From the human T2T-CHM13v2.0 reference genome, Homo sapiens, in the NCBI RefSeq assembly GCF_009914755.1, contig NC_060939.1: a stretch of 64,000 nt of DNA; one strand, 5' to 3'. Under the pieces are notes generated by a model. It did not search any database and was not told the DNA's origin. It saw only the letters and a program-made list of their open reading frames with translations. Positions within the stretch are counted from its first letter, which is position 1, and the number at the start of each line of letters is the position of its first letter. Shown one piece after another: positions 47,431 through 61,255 of this stretch. Position numbers and translations under genes: made by a program.

Positions 47431-50400
47431 CAGAAATCATATTTAGGATTCAAATGTGCCATTTTTATTTGCTTTCTGCATGTTTCTTATGTTTCCTTTA
47501 TTCTGTTTTGTTTCACTTGTCATGGATTACTTAAACAGTTTTTAGCATTTCATTTTGAATTATTTATACTTTTGGGTGAATTGCTTTGTATCGTTTTCTA
47601 AGTGGCTGCTCTAGGATTGATTATAATATACCCATGTAACTTATCACAGCCTGCTGGCATCAATGTTTCACCACTTCATGAGAAATATCAAAAGCTTACT
47701 TTTATTTACTTCCCCTTTTCCTCCCCCACTTAAACATGTAATTATCATAAATATTTCCTGTTCAGATGTAGAGCACCGTAGCAGATGATGTTAATATTTT
47801 TTGCTTCAACCATAAAATACAATTTAAGAAACTCATCATAGTCTATTATACTTACCATATGATTACCCCTTCTGTTGTTGCTATTTCTGATTTCCTTATT
47901 TCCTTTTCGTTAGTAGAGCTTCCTTCAGCCATGTATTAAGGGTAGGTTTTCTGGTAACAAACTATCCTAGTTGTCCTTCCTCTTAGAATATCTTTATTTC
48001 CCCCTCATCCCTGAAGGATACGTTCACTGAATAGGGTTCTGGGCAGACAGTTTTTCTCAGCACCTGGTGATGGTGTGTCGCCCCCTCTGCCTCGTGGTTT
48101 TAGAGAAGCCCACCATCCTCAGAACCAGCGTCCCTTAATGCATCGTTTTTCTCTGGTGGTTTAAAAGATTTTTTTCTTCATCTTTCCTTTCCTGAAGTTC
48201 CGTTATGATGTGTTTATCCTATTTGGGGTTTGCTCAGATTCTTGAATCTGCAGGTTTACTTCTTTCACCAAATTTGGGACATCTTCAACCACTGTGCCTT
48301 TGAATACTTTTTCACCACACATTCCTTCCTCTCCTCCTGGGACTCTGGTGACAGGAACGCTGGGCCTTTTGTCACTGTCCCACCCATCCCCGAGGAGGCG
48401 TTCATTTCTCAGTCTCCTATCTCTCCATCGTTCCTATGGGCCAGCTCTATTAATTGTCCTTGAATCAAGAGACTCTGTTCTCTGTCGTCTCCACTCTGCT
48501 ATTGTACCCAACTGCACATTTTTTCATTTAGTTATTGTATTTTTCAGTTGTATGATTTTCATTTTGTTCTTGTTTCAAGAAAATTCACCATTGTTTTCTG
48601 AAGCACTTTTATGATGGCTGCTTTAAAGTTCTAACATCTGATTTATCTTGGTTAATCTTATTTTGCTATTTAAGTTGTTTTTTGTTTTGCTCTGTTATGT
48701 TTTTGAGACAGAATCTTACTCTGATGCTCAGACTGGTGTGCAGTAGCATGATCTCGGCTCACTGCAGCCTCAAACTGCCGGGCTCAAGCAGTCCTCCTGC
48801 TTCAGCCTCCTAAGTAGCTGGCACCACAGGTGTGTGCCACCACAGCTGGCTAATTTTTAAATTGTTTGTAGAGACAGGGTCATGCTGTGTTGCCCAGGCA
48901 GATCTCAAACTCCCGGGCTCAAGCCATCCTCCTGATTGACCTTCCAAAGTGCTGGGATTACAGGTGGGAGCCCCCTCACCAGGCTTCAAGTTGCTTTTTA
49001 TGTTTCCTGATATGACAAATAATTTCAAATATGTTCTGGAGATTTCGGTTATTATGTAAGGAAACTTTTTATCCTATTTGAACATTCCAGTTTACCATAT
49101 AGGCCCCAGCCTGCTTTAGGGGAAATGTAGAGTCAATGACAATTTAGTTTTCAAAGCCCTCCCAGTGCTATTCTGGTCTCGTTTGTTCTTCTGGATCTGC
49201 TGGGGCTCTGGTTCAATCCCTGTGCATGTTGCTGGGGTTGCCCTGTGCGGCGGGGGTAGGTTAAGGAAACGCCGGGTGCTGGGTGTGGTCTCTGCGCCGT
49301 GGTCAGCAGAGCCTTTGTGGCCTGGGTGTGATGCTGAGGGCCAGGCTTGAGCGGAGCTGCTGTGGCATGGATCAGTAGGAATCTCCTCACTGGGTCTTCA
49401 GTGAGATACCCTTCTCAGTCCTTTCACCAGAGAAAATAGGCTCGTTTTCTTTTCTTTTTTGTCCCTGCAGGTTTTGGCAGTTACAGGTTGCAGGGTTCTC
49501 TGGGCCCATCCAGGAGATGAGAGAAAAAGAAAACTCAGGGCCTTGTACAGCGTCACCCCCAAAGTCCCGAGGTTCCTGGACAGCCTTTCTTCCTCTACAC
49601 TTCCTATAGTCCTCTTATGTCTGTTAAATTTTTTCCAGGGTGTCTAGTTGTATTTAGAGGGCAGATGCCACCTCGTCATAGAATGCCGGGGTCCACTCTC
49701 CAGGCATTTGGAACGAGTTGCCACGAGGTCCTCGGGAGGGTGTGACAGTTCACACGCCCACCAGCAGCTTTCCACGTCTCCATTTCCTCTGCCCCTGACA
49801 GCATCTAATGTTATGATTTTTGTTTGTAAATTTGGCTTTTGGTTCCTTTATGAGGGGATTAATTAATACAGGCTGCTGGCTCCTTCCCACGAATCCAAAC
49901 CTTGGAGATGCCATCAAAGGGATGACAGTTGATGGAGCCCAGAACCTAAGAGGACCCCTGAGAGCCTTGCGGAGGCTGGGCAAACGTGGTGGAGTCTGGG
50001 ACAGGAGGGGAATCACAGTCTGAGTGGAGGAGGCCACACAGCACAACCGGGGCCAGACTGCAGCTCTCTGCTCCGGGGCCCACCTGGGGCTGTCATCTGC
50101 CAGCCCTGCTTTCCTGTAGAAGATCCCACCCGTACCAGCCCCAGGAATCTAGGCAAGGCCAGAGCACCTCAGGAGCCTCCTGGAGTGAGGGCCACGACAC
50201 CTGGGCAGGCTGGCTGGTGGCCCCTGGGCAGCCTTCCTCCCCAGCCCAAGGACAGCCAATTACAGCACAGGGCAGCCCTGGACAGACAGCACCAGCTAGA
50301 AGGACAGGGGCGTTCCCTGCAGACCAGAGCAGCCCCCGGGGATGAGCAAAGAGGGCCCCAGTCATCCTGCCAGAGGCTCTGCCCCCAGGAGCCCCTGCCT

Positions 50401-50719
50401 GCCTCCCTGAAGCCCACAAGGAAGGTGTCAACTGGGGCCTAAGACGAAGGCAGTTGACCATACCCAGGGAACAGAGAGCGGCCTGAGGAAACGAGACAGC
50501 GAGGGGAGTGAACTCCGGGAGGGAAAAACCCCAAGGTTTTTCCTTGGAGGAGGGAGCAGATGAGCGGATAAGACCGGTAAATCCGTCACATACCCTCAGG
50601 ACGCAGGGAGAGCGCGGCTGGAATTGGCAGTTATGCAGAAGATGCAGCCGGGAATACTGGACTGGAACATGCGGGCGCTTAAGTGATGAACTTGGTGGGA
50701 AGGTTGGAGACCAGAAAAT

Positions 50720-51250
50720 GAATGAGTGAGGCAGGTCAGGCTCTGAGCTCTTCTAGAAGGAGCTGAAGGGGTTGAGGAGGCAGAGGTGAGGGAGGAAAAA
50801 TATTCAGTGCTTAAAAGAGGAAAAATGAATAGATAAGAGGAAGTATCTGAAAAATGATTAGGAAATTTCCCCAATTAAGAAAAGATGCACATCCTCAAAC
50901 TAAAAGGGCCTGCAGAGTGTTAATTACATTTTAAAGTTAAAATCTTATGTGTACTTTCAAAGAAAAGCATCTACATTTTGAGTCAAAATTGCTAAAAACT
51001 TCCAAAGAGAAAAAGCAGGTAACCCGCACAGGAACAGGAGTGGTGCTGACATTAGAATCGCGGCACAGACAACGGATGCAAGAAGAAAGGGAGTGACAGC
51101 TTCAGACGCGAGAGGAAAGGACCCTGGAACCCAGGGCTGTGTCCTGCTCACCGCCATGAAATATGGGCACGCAGGAAGCCATCCTCAGTCCTATCAGCCC
51201 CCTTGAGAGTCAACCCCAGAAACACTCTTGGAGAAATATTTCAGCAAGAA
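50720..51250 (+). mobile_element. Ancient L1 ORF1-like or HAL1 remnant
   Basis: gaaatttccccaattaagaaaagatgc..cctcaaactaaaagggcc..ttccaaagagaaaaagcaggtaacc. Confidence 0.55.
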
Positions 51251-51456
51251 AAAGGAACCGGGGAGGATGCTGCCAGGTCTAGGGAGGAGTGATGCTTCCC
51301 CAGCGTGGATGGTTCACTGCCATCTAAGTAAGCAATGACCTCCGCGTGTGCCGCACAGTCCAGCTTCCTCAGAGGCGGTGGTGGCCTGGTGGAGGAATGT
51401 GGGCTGGCTGGGCGGCCACAGAGAATTACTGTTTCCATTAAAAGGAAATGTGTTCT

Positions 51457-51889
<433 letters not shown>

Positions 51890-54409
51890 TCACATGGAGA
51901 CATGTGTCTGTTTGGGACTGTTTTCCAGCCTTTCCACACTCTTCCCCTCCCCATCTGTCCCTCCATCTCCACCAAGCTGTGTTTTGATGTTGTGTTTGCA
52001 TGATTTGGTGTATCTGGCATTTTAACATTTCATCCTTGCCACTATTTATTATTTTCTGTTTCTTCGTAGTAGCCACTAAATTGTTTTCAGGTGATATCTC
52101 ATTGTGGTTTTGATTTGCATTTATCTAATAATTAGTGATATTTAGTGTCTTTTCATATGCTCATTGGCCACATTTGCCTGTTTTTAAATCAGGTAATTTG
52201 TTGATTTGTTGTTGAACCATGGAGACATATTTTTAAACCACAACAGCTATCTTGCAGATTGCGGTGAGAACTAAAAGATTTATGTATGCAAATCATATTA
52301 CCTGTCACGTAGTAGGCACTCAAAAATTATTACTTGTCTTCTTAGGGTTGTTATGTTAAATAATGTTATGTTAATAACATATGTAAAACTGCTTCTTAAA
52401 TTATAAAGTGCTATGCAAATGTGAGTTAATACTACAAAGCTGTATGCAAAATATTTTAATATTTTTCTGAGGTTCTCCATACTTAAATATATAAATCTTT
52501 CCATCTCTAGACTTTATTCTTTTTTTAGCTGTAATCCCTTTTTTTCCATTTTACTTCAAGTTTTATCAAAAAAAAAATAGCAGCCAAAATAGAACAAGTA
52601 AAGACGGAGAAACAATAACTAATTTCACTAAAGCAAAGTCAGAGTAAGATCTATTTAAAAATAAAACGTGAAGAAAAGCTGCAATGGATTACACTATTGA
52701 AAAATCCTAAGACAACCAGAACTGCCGTTCCTTCAGAGAATGTGAGTGATGTTGAAAGATTAATAACATTTGGATAACATTAATTACAGTGATGTTATAA
52801 ACTCTGGTATTCCAGTTGCCATAACAACCCGCTATATGTTGGTTTTCTAATGACATTTCGAACAAGTGTTGAGGCGAACTGCATCACTTCAGAACTTTGA
52901 TTGCTGTCACTCAGTGATTTTAAAATTGAATTGTTTTGTTCTTAAAGAGTCAGAATATGTCACTGTCTTCAGAAATATTCTCAAAATTATGGGGAGGAAG
53001 TGATACACATTCCTATACAATTATAGAGCACTCAAAAAAAAAGAAATGTATTTTGTTTTTAATACAAAATTAACAGGTTTTTTCTATAGGGAATAGAAAA
53101 AAACAGAAAGGAGAAAGATTATGCTTCATGCTTCTCAGAAGACTTTGTTCCCTTGCAGAATTATTTGACAATAAAATTCTTTCTAGAAAAACTCACTTTT
53201 CTTGCTTATATTTCTCTCGTCTCCATTCTCTCCTTTCTTTTCACCTCCCTATTTCTTTCTTCCAATGAATTCTTTTAGAAGCCATGGATTCTGGTCAAGG
53301 TAGATGCAACACTTTGGAGTTAGTGAGAGGAGGTCATTCCTCCATCCAGCTTTCTGCTTTCTGATCTCTCTTCCCTCTGCTGACCAACCCGTTGCCCAAT
53401 GGATATAATAAAAGAAAGACTACTTGCCACTGGCTTATATTATATTGGATTTTAATATTCCCAAGAGAATGTGTTAAATATATATATTGTGCCACTGACC
53501 AGAAGCAAAGCATGATTGTAACAGACATGCTTCTAAGTATTTGCTCAGCCCACAGCCTACTCTGCTCCTGCTGCCCCACCCATCCACAAATATGAATCGT
53601 TTGATTAAATAGGAGCACCAGAACCAACTCATCCATATGCATTGAGCTGGACAAATACATTCTCTCTTTTTCTCCTCTTTTCCCTCTTTCCTCTCCCTCT
53701 CTACAAATTCAGCTAAGGTGAATGCTAACCATTTGCAATGGTGTTTAAAGCAGAACAGTGGTGTTCTGTGGCAGAACTCTGTGCTACAGGACTCTGAAGG
53801 GAGATTATGCCCACTGCCTCCCCAACCACCCCTCTTGCCCACCCCCACCACAGTTCCAGCAGCATCTCAGTCTATACAGTGCATCTCAGGCATTGGAGGT
53901 GGCATCATTCCATGTAAAGCATATTCTATGCTCTATAAACCCTGAGCCCAATGCAATGCCATCTTAAGTAGGCCCAGGTCTGCCCCTTGTCCAGATGTGC
54001 CATCAGCACCCTTTCAACACTCTCTCCCCTCCCCCTTTCTCTATACTTAAAGCTCCCTCTACCCCACCCAGATATCCAAAGGCATTGATCCTACCCTCCC
54101 AAAGCTCCCACTGTGGCCAGCTCCTCCGAGGCCTCTCAGGGAAGAGTGAAGTGAGCTAATCACCCCAGCCTAGGCTTCTGTTGACCCAGAACCAATTCAA
54201 GATGAAGGCCATGCCTTAGACAGCAGCTGCCAGGGAAATACATGACTTATACAATGACATCAGCTGAAATTCACAAAGGTCACTGCATTTAACTCATTCC
54301 TCACCCAAGGTGATGCAAGCATGCTAACCCTTTTCCTCCCAGTCTTCTCTGGATGATCTTCTCCACTTGATTTTACTGGGATGTACATGAACAAGCTAGA
54401 GGAGCAGCC

Positions 54410-54860
54410 TGTGCCTGTTACCCTCTCCTCCCCACTGCTGAGGTCACTCTCCACCCTTCTCATCCTACTCTCTTGCTGGGGACACTGAACTGTATGAGTT
54501 TCATCAATGGACTCCCTTGCCCTTTGACCTCCAGTTGGGTTCTGCCAATTAGAGGTCCTTAATAGGAGATAAGAGGGAGGGAGAAGGAGTGGAGGCTGGG
54601 GTATTTATGCCTCTGGCTTGATCCCTGAAGTATTGTCTTGCAGTCATCTCTATGTGATTCTCTCCACCCAGGTTCCAGTAACTGATCCCTCCTCATATCA
54701 TTTCTGGTGAGGAGTCATATCTGAACTCAGTGGTGCTACACTGTCCTTTTTGGACTCCATAAACACTGCTCATCATTTGTAAACAGTCCCTTCACTAAAC
54801 CTCCCTCCAATTGTTCTAGTGCAAATGGCCCAACACATTCCTCCTGGGATCCTGAAATGA
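54410..54860. mobile_element. Old ERVL-type LTR (LTR33/LTR16-like)
   Basis: catcaatggactcccttgccctttgacctccagttgggttctgccaat...cccttcactaaacctc. Confidence 0.55.
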
Positions 54861-55308
54861 TTCCTTAAATGATGTGGTCTATCCTATCTCCCCTTCCTGC
54901 CTACAATGGCCTTGGGATCTGTCCTAACTCTGCTGCCTTTAAGATTGGTCTACCCTAAACTACATCCACATAACCCCACGATTGTCCCTTCATGCCTAAC
55001 CCACAAAGAGAGGTGATAGGAGTTAGGCTGAGGAGTGGGGTTGGGGAAAGACAAGGCTCAGCATGGTCCCTGATAACCTCGTAGCTTCCAGGCAGATGAA
55101 GGCAGGGTGGAGGCAGGCTGCTCTGAGCCCAGCTGGTCGGTGCTCAATCAGAAAGGATATGGGTTGAGCTCAGAAAGCCTGAGAGCAGTGGCGCTCTGGA
55201 GCAGATCAGAAGCCAAGACTCTAAGAACAACATGCAAATCTGTGTAGGGAACATCAGAGGCTCCTACCCAGGTCTGAGCAAGTGCAGACAGGCTGGTTGT
55301 CAGGAGGA

Positions 55309-55326
55309 TTAGGGTTAGGGTTAGGG
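55309..55326 (+). repeat. (TTAGGG)3 short interstitial telomeric sequence
   Basis: Three perfect TTAGGG units. Confidence 0.8.
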
Positions 55327-56519
55327 AGGAGTGAATCAAATATGAAGCAAAGCAATGATCAATTAGCTCAATCTGCAGATAGGAATAGATTCCTACAGAT
55401 AGAAATTTAAGTCAGAGTTGCAAGGGGATTTAGAAATCACACACTTCAATCACTTCACTTTTAGATGAGGACTACCAGACTGTAGACACAGGGGTGATGA
55501 GCGCAGAACAAAGACAAACACCCAGAACTTGTCACTTCTAGATTAAGGATTTACCTGTGAAGCCCATGCCTCTAAAAAGGTCGATTCTACTTTTTAAATA
55601 TTTTTAAACAGAGTAGCTTTGGATGAAAACATGATGTTATGGCCTTGATATTTTTATATCAAGTATATTTTCAACGGGTCACTAGAAAAAAAAAGTAGAT
55701 GTAAAAAGAATCTACACAGGATCAAACTGATAATAACTAAAATGATATATGTTAACTTTGATATTGACAAAAAACTGACTGAAGAATCTCATTGTGTTGG
55801 TAAGTCTCAAAACTACAAAAGTGAACTCTTAAAATTGCACTTTATGCAAATAACACAAAATAAAACTGACAAAGGTGAAAGCTTTACACAGAAAAATTTG
55901 TAATTGACGTTAAAGATTGACAAAAGAATCAAATCTTCTTGTCAAAAATTATACCTGCAAAATCTAGCCCAGGAAAATTAGGTTTGGTAGAAAATGACTA
56001 CAAAAGAAACCTCAAAATTGCTGATTGGAAAAGTTGGAAAGATTTAATACGGACATAAAATGGGATCACTGAATAAAGTCTAAATTATTTCAGTAAAATA
56101 AAAATACTGAAAATTATTTAATGGCACAGGAAGAAATTTGATCAAAGAATTACATTAATTCAAGACAGTTGCTTCTAGAAAATAATTTCTTGATAATATT
56201 TCCAGAAATGTTGGAATAATTCTGATGAAAATGTTTGTTTTCATTCAATAAAAAATGTCCTCAGGGTCAAAACAACTGAGAGAGAAGTACCTGATATGGG
56301 ACTTCTCAGGTAGCCCCCACTCTTGGGGCTTCCAGTTTTACATTTACCAAGTTTAAAGAAATCTAAGATCTCTTTCCAGGATCCTAACAACTTGTCTAGA
56401 TCAAAATAACATGTACTTCAGTGAATGATTTCAGCTGGTTGATAAAATCAAAGTTTACCAGAAGGCATGAAAGTTCAGAGATCCCCTTACCATTTCAAAG
56501 GGGGTTTGTACTTTAAAGT

Positions 56520-57270
56520 CAATCTACATGTCACCTCACACCCATTATGATGGCCACTATTTAAAAAGAAAACAGAAAATAGCAAGGGTTAGCACCAAGG
56601 TGGAGAAATTAGAGCCCTTGTGCACTGTTGGTGGAATGTAAAATGATCCTGCCATTATGGAAAACAATATGGAGGTTCCTCAAAAAATTAAAGCTAGGAT
56701 TACTGTATAATCTAGTGATATGGTTTGGCTCTGTGTCCCCACCCAAATCTCATGTGGAATTGTAATCCCCACGTGTTGAAAGTGGGGCCTGGCAGGAGGT
56801 GATTGGATCACGGGGGTGGTTTCTAATGGTTTTGCATCATCCCTCTAGTATTGTCTCATGACAGAGTTCTCATGAGATCTGGTTTTTAAAAGTGTGTAGC
56901 ACATCCTCCTCCACTCTGTCTCTCTCTCCTGCCACCATGTGAAGATATGCCTGCTTCCCCTTCACCTTCTGCTGTGATTGTAAGTTTCCTGAGGCCTCCC
57001 AGTCATGTTTCCTGTACAGCCTGCAGAAACTGTGAGTCAATTAAACCACTTTTCTTCATAAATTACCCAGTCTCAGGTAGTTCTTTATAGGATTGTGAGA
57101 ATGGACTAATACATCCAGCAATCCCATTTCTGGGCATATATCCAAAAAAGAATTGAAAGCAGTATCTTGAAGAGATATTGGTACATGTGTGTTCATAGCA
57201 GCACTATTCACAATAGCCAAGAGCTGAAACCAACCCAAATGCTCATTAAAAGATGAATGGATAAACAAAA
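56520..57270 (+). mobile_element. L1M 3' fragment interrupted by a THE1D/MSTA solo LTR (56716-57113)
   Basis: LTR tgatatggtttggctctgtgtccccacccaaatctc...gaatggactaataca with a tctag/tccag 5-bp TSD. L1 text resumes on both sides. Confidence 0.88.
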
Positions 57271-58957
57271 GAGTGTGTTTCTTTAAATGTGATTTTATGC
57301 TGGGATCATAGAGAACCCTGGATTTTATGCAAATGAGTGGGAAAAAAATTAACCCAACACAAAAAAGTAGGTTTATACTGATCATACAGGACAACACCTT
57401 TCAAGATTGTAAAAAGTTAAAACTTTTCTCTCTTCACATCACCTGTAATGATGACACCCCATAAAGATTTTTCTCTATGTATCCTTAGTTTTGCACAATC
57501 CCCTGGCCCCAGTGCTGCATCCCCATATCCCAATTGAGAAGAATATGCCAATATTTAAGGACACACAATAAGGTCAGCACATCAAGCTTCAGGACTTACA
57601 CCCTCCATAAAAGAGAAAATTCTCCTTTCTCATGCCACTCTCTCAAAGCCAGGGTTCCTGAAGAAAGGATTTCTGGTGTCATTACACAAAGGAGATCCTG
57701 GAAATTAAGGTTTGCCATGGGTTATGTCCAGTACTGGAATAAACACAGAATTATTGAGGTACCTTCCTCTGTCTTCTTTGCAAACTCCTCGTTGCAGCTC
57801 CTTCCTTGCAAACCCCTCTGTCTTCCTTGCGAACCCCTCATTATAGCTCAGAACTCTGCTTTGGCATTGCCTCCTGGTAAAGCCCCTGCTGCATCCACCC
57901 TTCCAACCACACTTCCTCACTCTCCTCCGCACCACTTTGGTGCTGCAGGAGTTACACTTTCTGTTGCAAAGATCAAGTATTCTCGGGTGACCTCTGGTGT
58001 TGTGGGTGATTGGAAAGATACTTAAGGCAATAAGGAAGCACAGGTATGACACTAGGCAGGTTGTAGTCCAGCCTCCCAGAGCCCTGGGATGTCAGTAAGG
58101 GCTCCCCTTTGAGTCAGTAATGGTAATGCCCCCTTGAGAAGAGGGACCTTTGGCCCCTGACTCCTGACGGTGCCGTACTCACAATTCCACTTCTCTCCTT
58201 CACCTCTCTGTGCTTCCGCTTCTCACTAGTTCAGCTGTTACCTCCACTTTTGTTTCTTTCTAATTCTACTCTGGTTCTGTAGTTGAGTTTCTCACAGTGG
58301 AAACTACCTGTGCTCTCACTGGTTGGGTCAGTGAGTTGCCTCCACTATTGGGCAGAATTCTGCTATTAGACCTCCCAGGGCCCATTGGTAAACCTAAGAT
58401 TGTAAAAATGTAAAACTTTTCTCTCCTCAACGTCATCTGTAATAATGAAACCCCAAAAATATTTATGTATCCTGTAGTTTTGCACAATTTTGTGGTTACC
58501 TTTGACCAAGTTACAGATTCTTGATCAGTTCGATCATGGTTACTTACCAGGGTCACATGACAGAAAGTCAACAACTTATGGAAAAAGAACAGTCTTTGCT
58601 GCTTTGCTCAGAAGGTAATATGTACAAACTTGCATTATTGCATATATCACAATACAGCTTGTTTCTGCATAGCCCAGTCCCCTACAAGACTATAACCGTG
58701 AGGCCAGTGGTATTTCCTATATTTGCATGTTCAGCATGTAGCATAGTGCCTGGTACATGGTAGATTCTCAATAAAGCTCTGTTGAAGTTAATTGAAATGA
58801 AAGTAAAATCAAAATACCTGAATTCTAATTTTGCTATTTCTTTGCTATCTGAACTAAGATACATTACTTAATCTTTTTGAACCTCCCTTTCTTCTTATGT
58901 AAAAAGATATAGTTGTGGTAAATATTAAGTAAGATGTGGGCATACCTAGCACAGTTT

Positions 58958-58983
58958 TGTGTGTGTGTGTGTATGTGTGTGTG

Positions 58984-59019
<36 letters not shown>

Positions 59020-59035
59020 AACATATATATATATT
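58958..59035. repeat. (TG)n(TA)n compound microsatellite
   Basis: Seen directly. Confidence 0.95.
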
Positions 59036-59535
59036 TAAACTGTCTCTTTGTTATACCACTGCCATGTATTGTAATTACATTCAAATAGATCTTCTCTTCC
59101 AAACAGAGAGTAAGTTTTAAGGACAGGGTCTGTGTCTTATTAACCTTTGCACCTCCATACCACCACCCAAATTTCTGCTTTTGGTGGGTATTTAAGATAA
59201 TTAATGGCATGAAGCGCCAACGGATTTATAAACTGAATGTGTTTAAAATCTCCATATATTAACATTTTTAACAATTTTTTAAAAGCAGGAAATATTAAGC
59301 ATGACAAATTATGGTCAACCCAAGTTTCAATAACTCTGGGTGCCTAGCAATCTTCTAAGAGTCAAACGAAAGCAATGTTGCCTAGGTTGCAGTTTTCCAG
59401 TGTTTGTCTCCACCTACTGTATTTACTGGAAAGCTGCTGAAGCGTTCCTTCTAATCTTGAGGTTTTCAAGCGTCTATCTCTGGGACAAGCAAAGCTCTGC
59501 ATTGGGCACCACAGTCTAGCACACGTTTTCAGGCA

Positions 59536-59548
59536 CCACTAGAGGGCA
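59536..59548 (+). promoter_or_regulatory. CTCF core motif
   Basis: CCACTAGAGGGCA matches CCASYAGRKGGC. Confidence 0.6.
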
Positions 59549-61255
59549 GGCTAACGCTAACTTCGGGGACTACTAAGCAAGGGCTTTAGTCTCGAAAAAA
59601 TGGGTAAACGCACCACTTGTTTATTGGGTCTGTTTCTAAATGGAAAAGTACATGTGGGCATGTCCAGATTTGTATTTCGTGTTCCCTTGATTCGTTATTT
59701 AATCCTTCGGCTCACCTTTCCTTTTGTTTTCTCTTTCCTCCTTCAAGTTCTTTCTCCTCTGGAGTGTAACAAACAAACCTGTTTCCCCCCCGGTCAAAGG
59801 CTTAACCCACAAAAATAAATCAAGATGAAGGAACAGAAGGAAACACTGCATAATTTAGTTAGTGAAAGTTGGACAGCTGAGGTTTCCTTTGGGTTTATTC
59901 TAAAATAAAGGATTTTTTAAAGGTTCAACTTGCCTAATTTTTCATACTTTTGGCAGCTTGCCAAGATGGGAAGGGAAGGGGATTTGCAGAAAGAAGAAAA
60001 CAGAGAGAGAGAGTGTGAGTGTGTATGTGTGTGCGCGCACATAGCGGGGTGCATTTCTGGGTGTAGGGGATGTTTATAGGGATGGAGGAAGGAAATGAAA
60101 AGCAGATGTTGGGAGTTGGATGGTCACAGAACACTGGCTTGCAAGTATTACTGGGCCACCATGAGCAGTGCTGGGACACAGCTCCACTGGACAGCCACCC
60201 CTTTCTGTAACCTGAGAGCCGCCACCCTACTCACACCTCAGGCTCCTCATCAAGCATGTGAGAAATTTGTACTAGATGACCTTCTGGTTCAAATATGAGC
60301 CTGTGTTGAGCGAGAGAAAACATGGGGGTTGGAAACGCAGGATGAATATTTGTGGAGAATCTGAGAATGACAAACAGAAAGCAAGCAAGCCAACAAATAC
60401 ACTATGAAGCTGGAAGAGTCTTCCAGCTGACCCAAGTGTAGAAACAGTTGCCCCATTTAGAATATTTGGAACATTTTCCCTCCCATTATCAGGGCTCTAA
60501 CACCGGGCTGCCCTCTGTTTTACCCTCTGGAAAGTCCAAGGGAAAAAGGTACCAAAGCAGACAAGCAAGGATAGAAACAGTGGTGGCATTGCAGGCTGGT
60601 CTGCATTGCGGCTATAGAACAAAAATTTCCAACCCAAAATGATAAGATAATAAAATTCTAAACACAAAATTCCTCTAGCCAGTTAAAACAATGGTTCAAA
60701 GAAATACACACCCCTTGGGATCGTACTGCTATTCTTCCATAGTTAGTGTAAGTTCAGTGTTGGTTTTTCATGACTTTTGGAGGCCACTAACTTTCCATTT
60801 CACCTGCACAGTTTCAATTACTCTAATCATATAGCTCTTTAATAATCAGCCTGGCTATGAGTTGGAAGCTTTAACTGCTCTCTGACAATAAGTAGTAGCT
60901 AATTAATTGCTACTTATGAACTTTCTGTTTTTTTATCTTAATACTTCTGAGAGTTCTTTCCAGATAATCACTGGAGAATAAGGAGTTTTTACCCCCATGT
61001 GGCTATTCCTCTAAAACTAGCTATATTTAACTAGCTCTAAAATAGATGCGAAAGATTGTTACTTTGCGTGCAACAAATACACAGGAAGAATTCAAAGAAT
61101 TGTATTTTAAATTTGTTACATCTGCAATTTCAAGTAACCACCACTAGGGGGTGGTGCTAAATACTTAAATGGTAATTCTCAGTCTGAGTTCAAAAATGCA
61201 GATGTCTAGGTCTTGGAGAATCAGGATCTTCTGAGTAAGAGATTAGGAAATCTTC

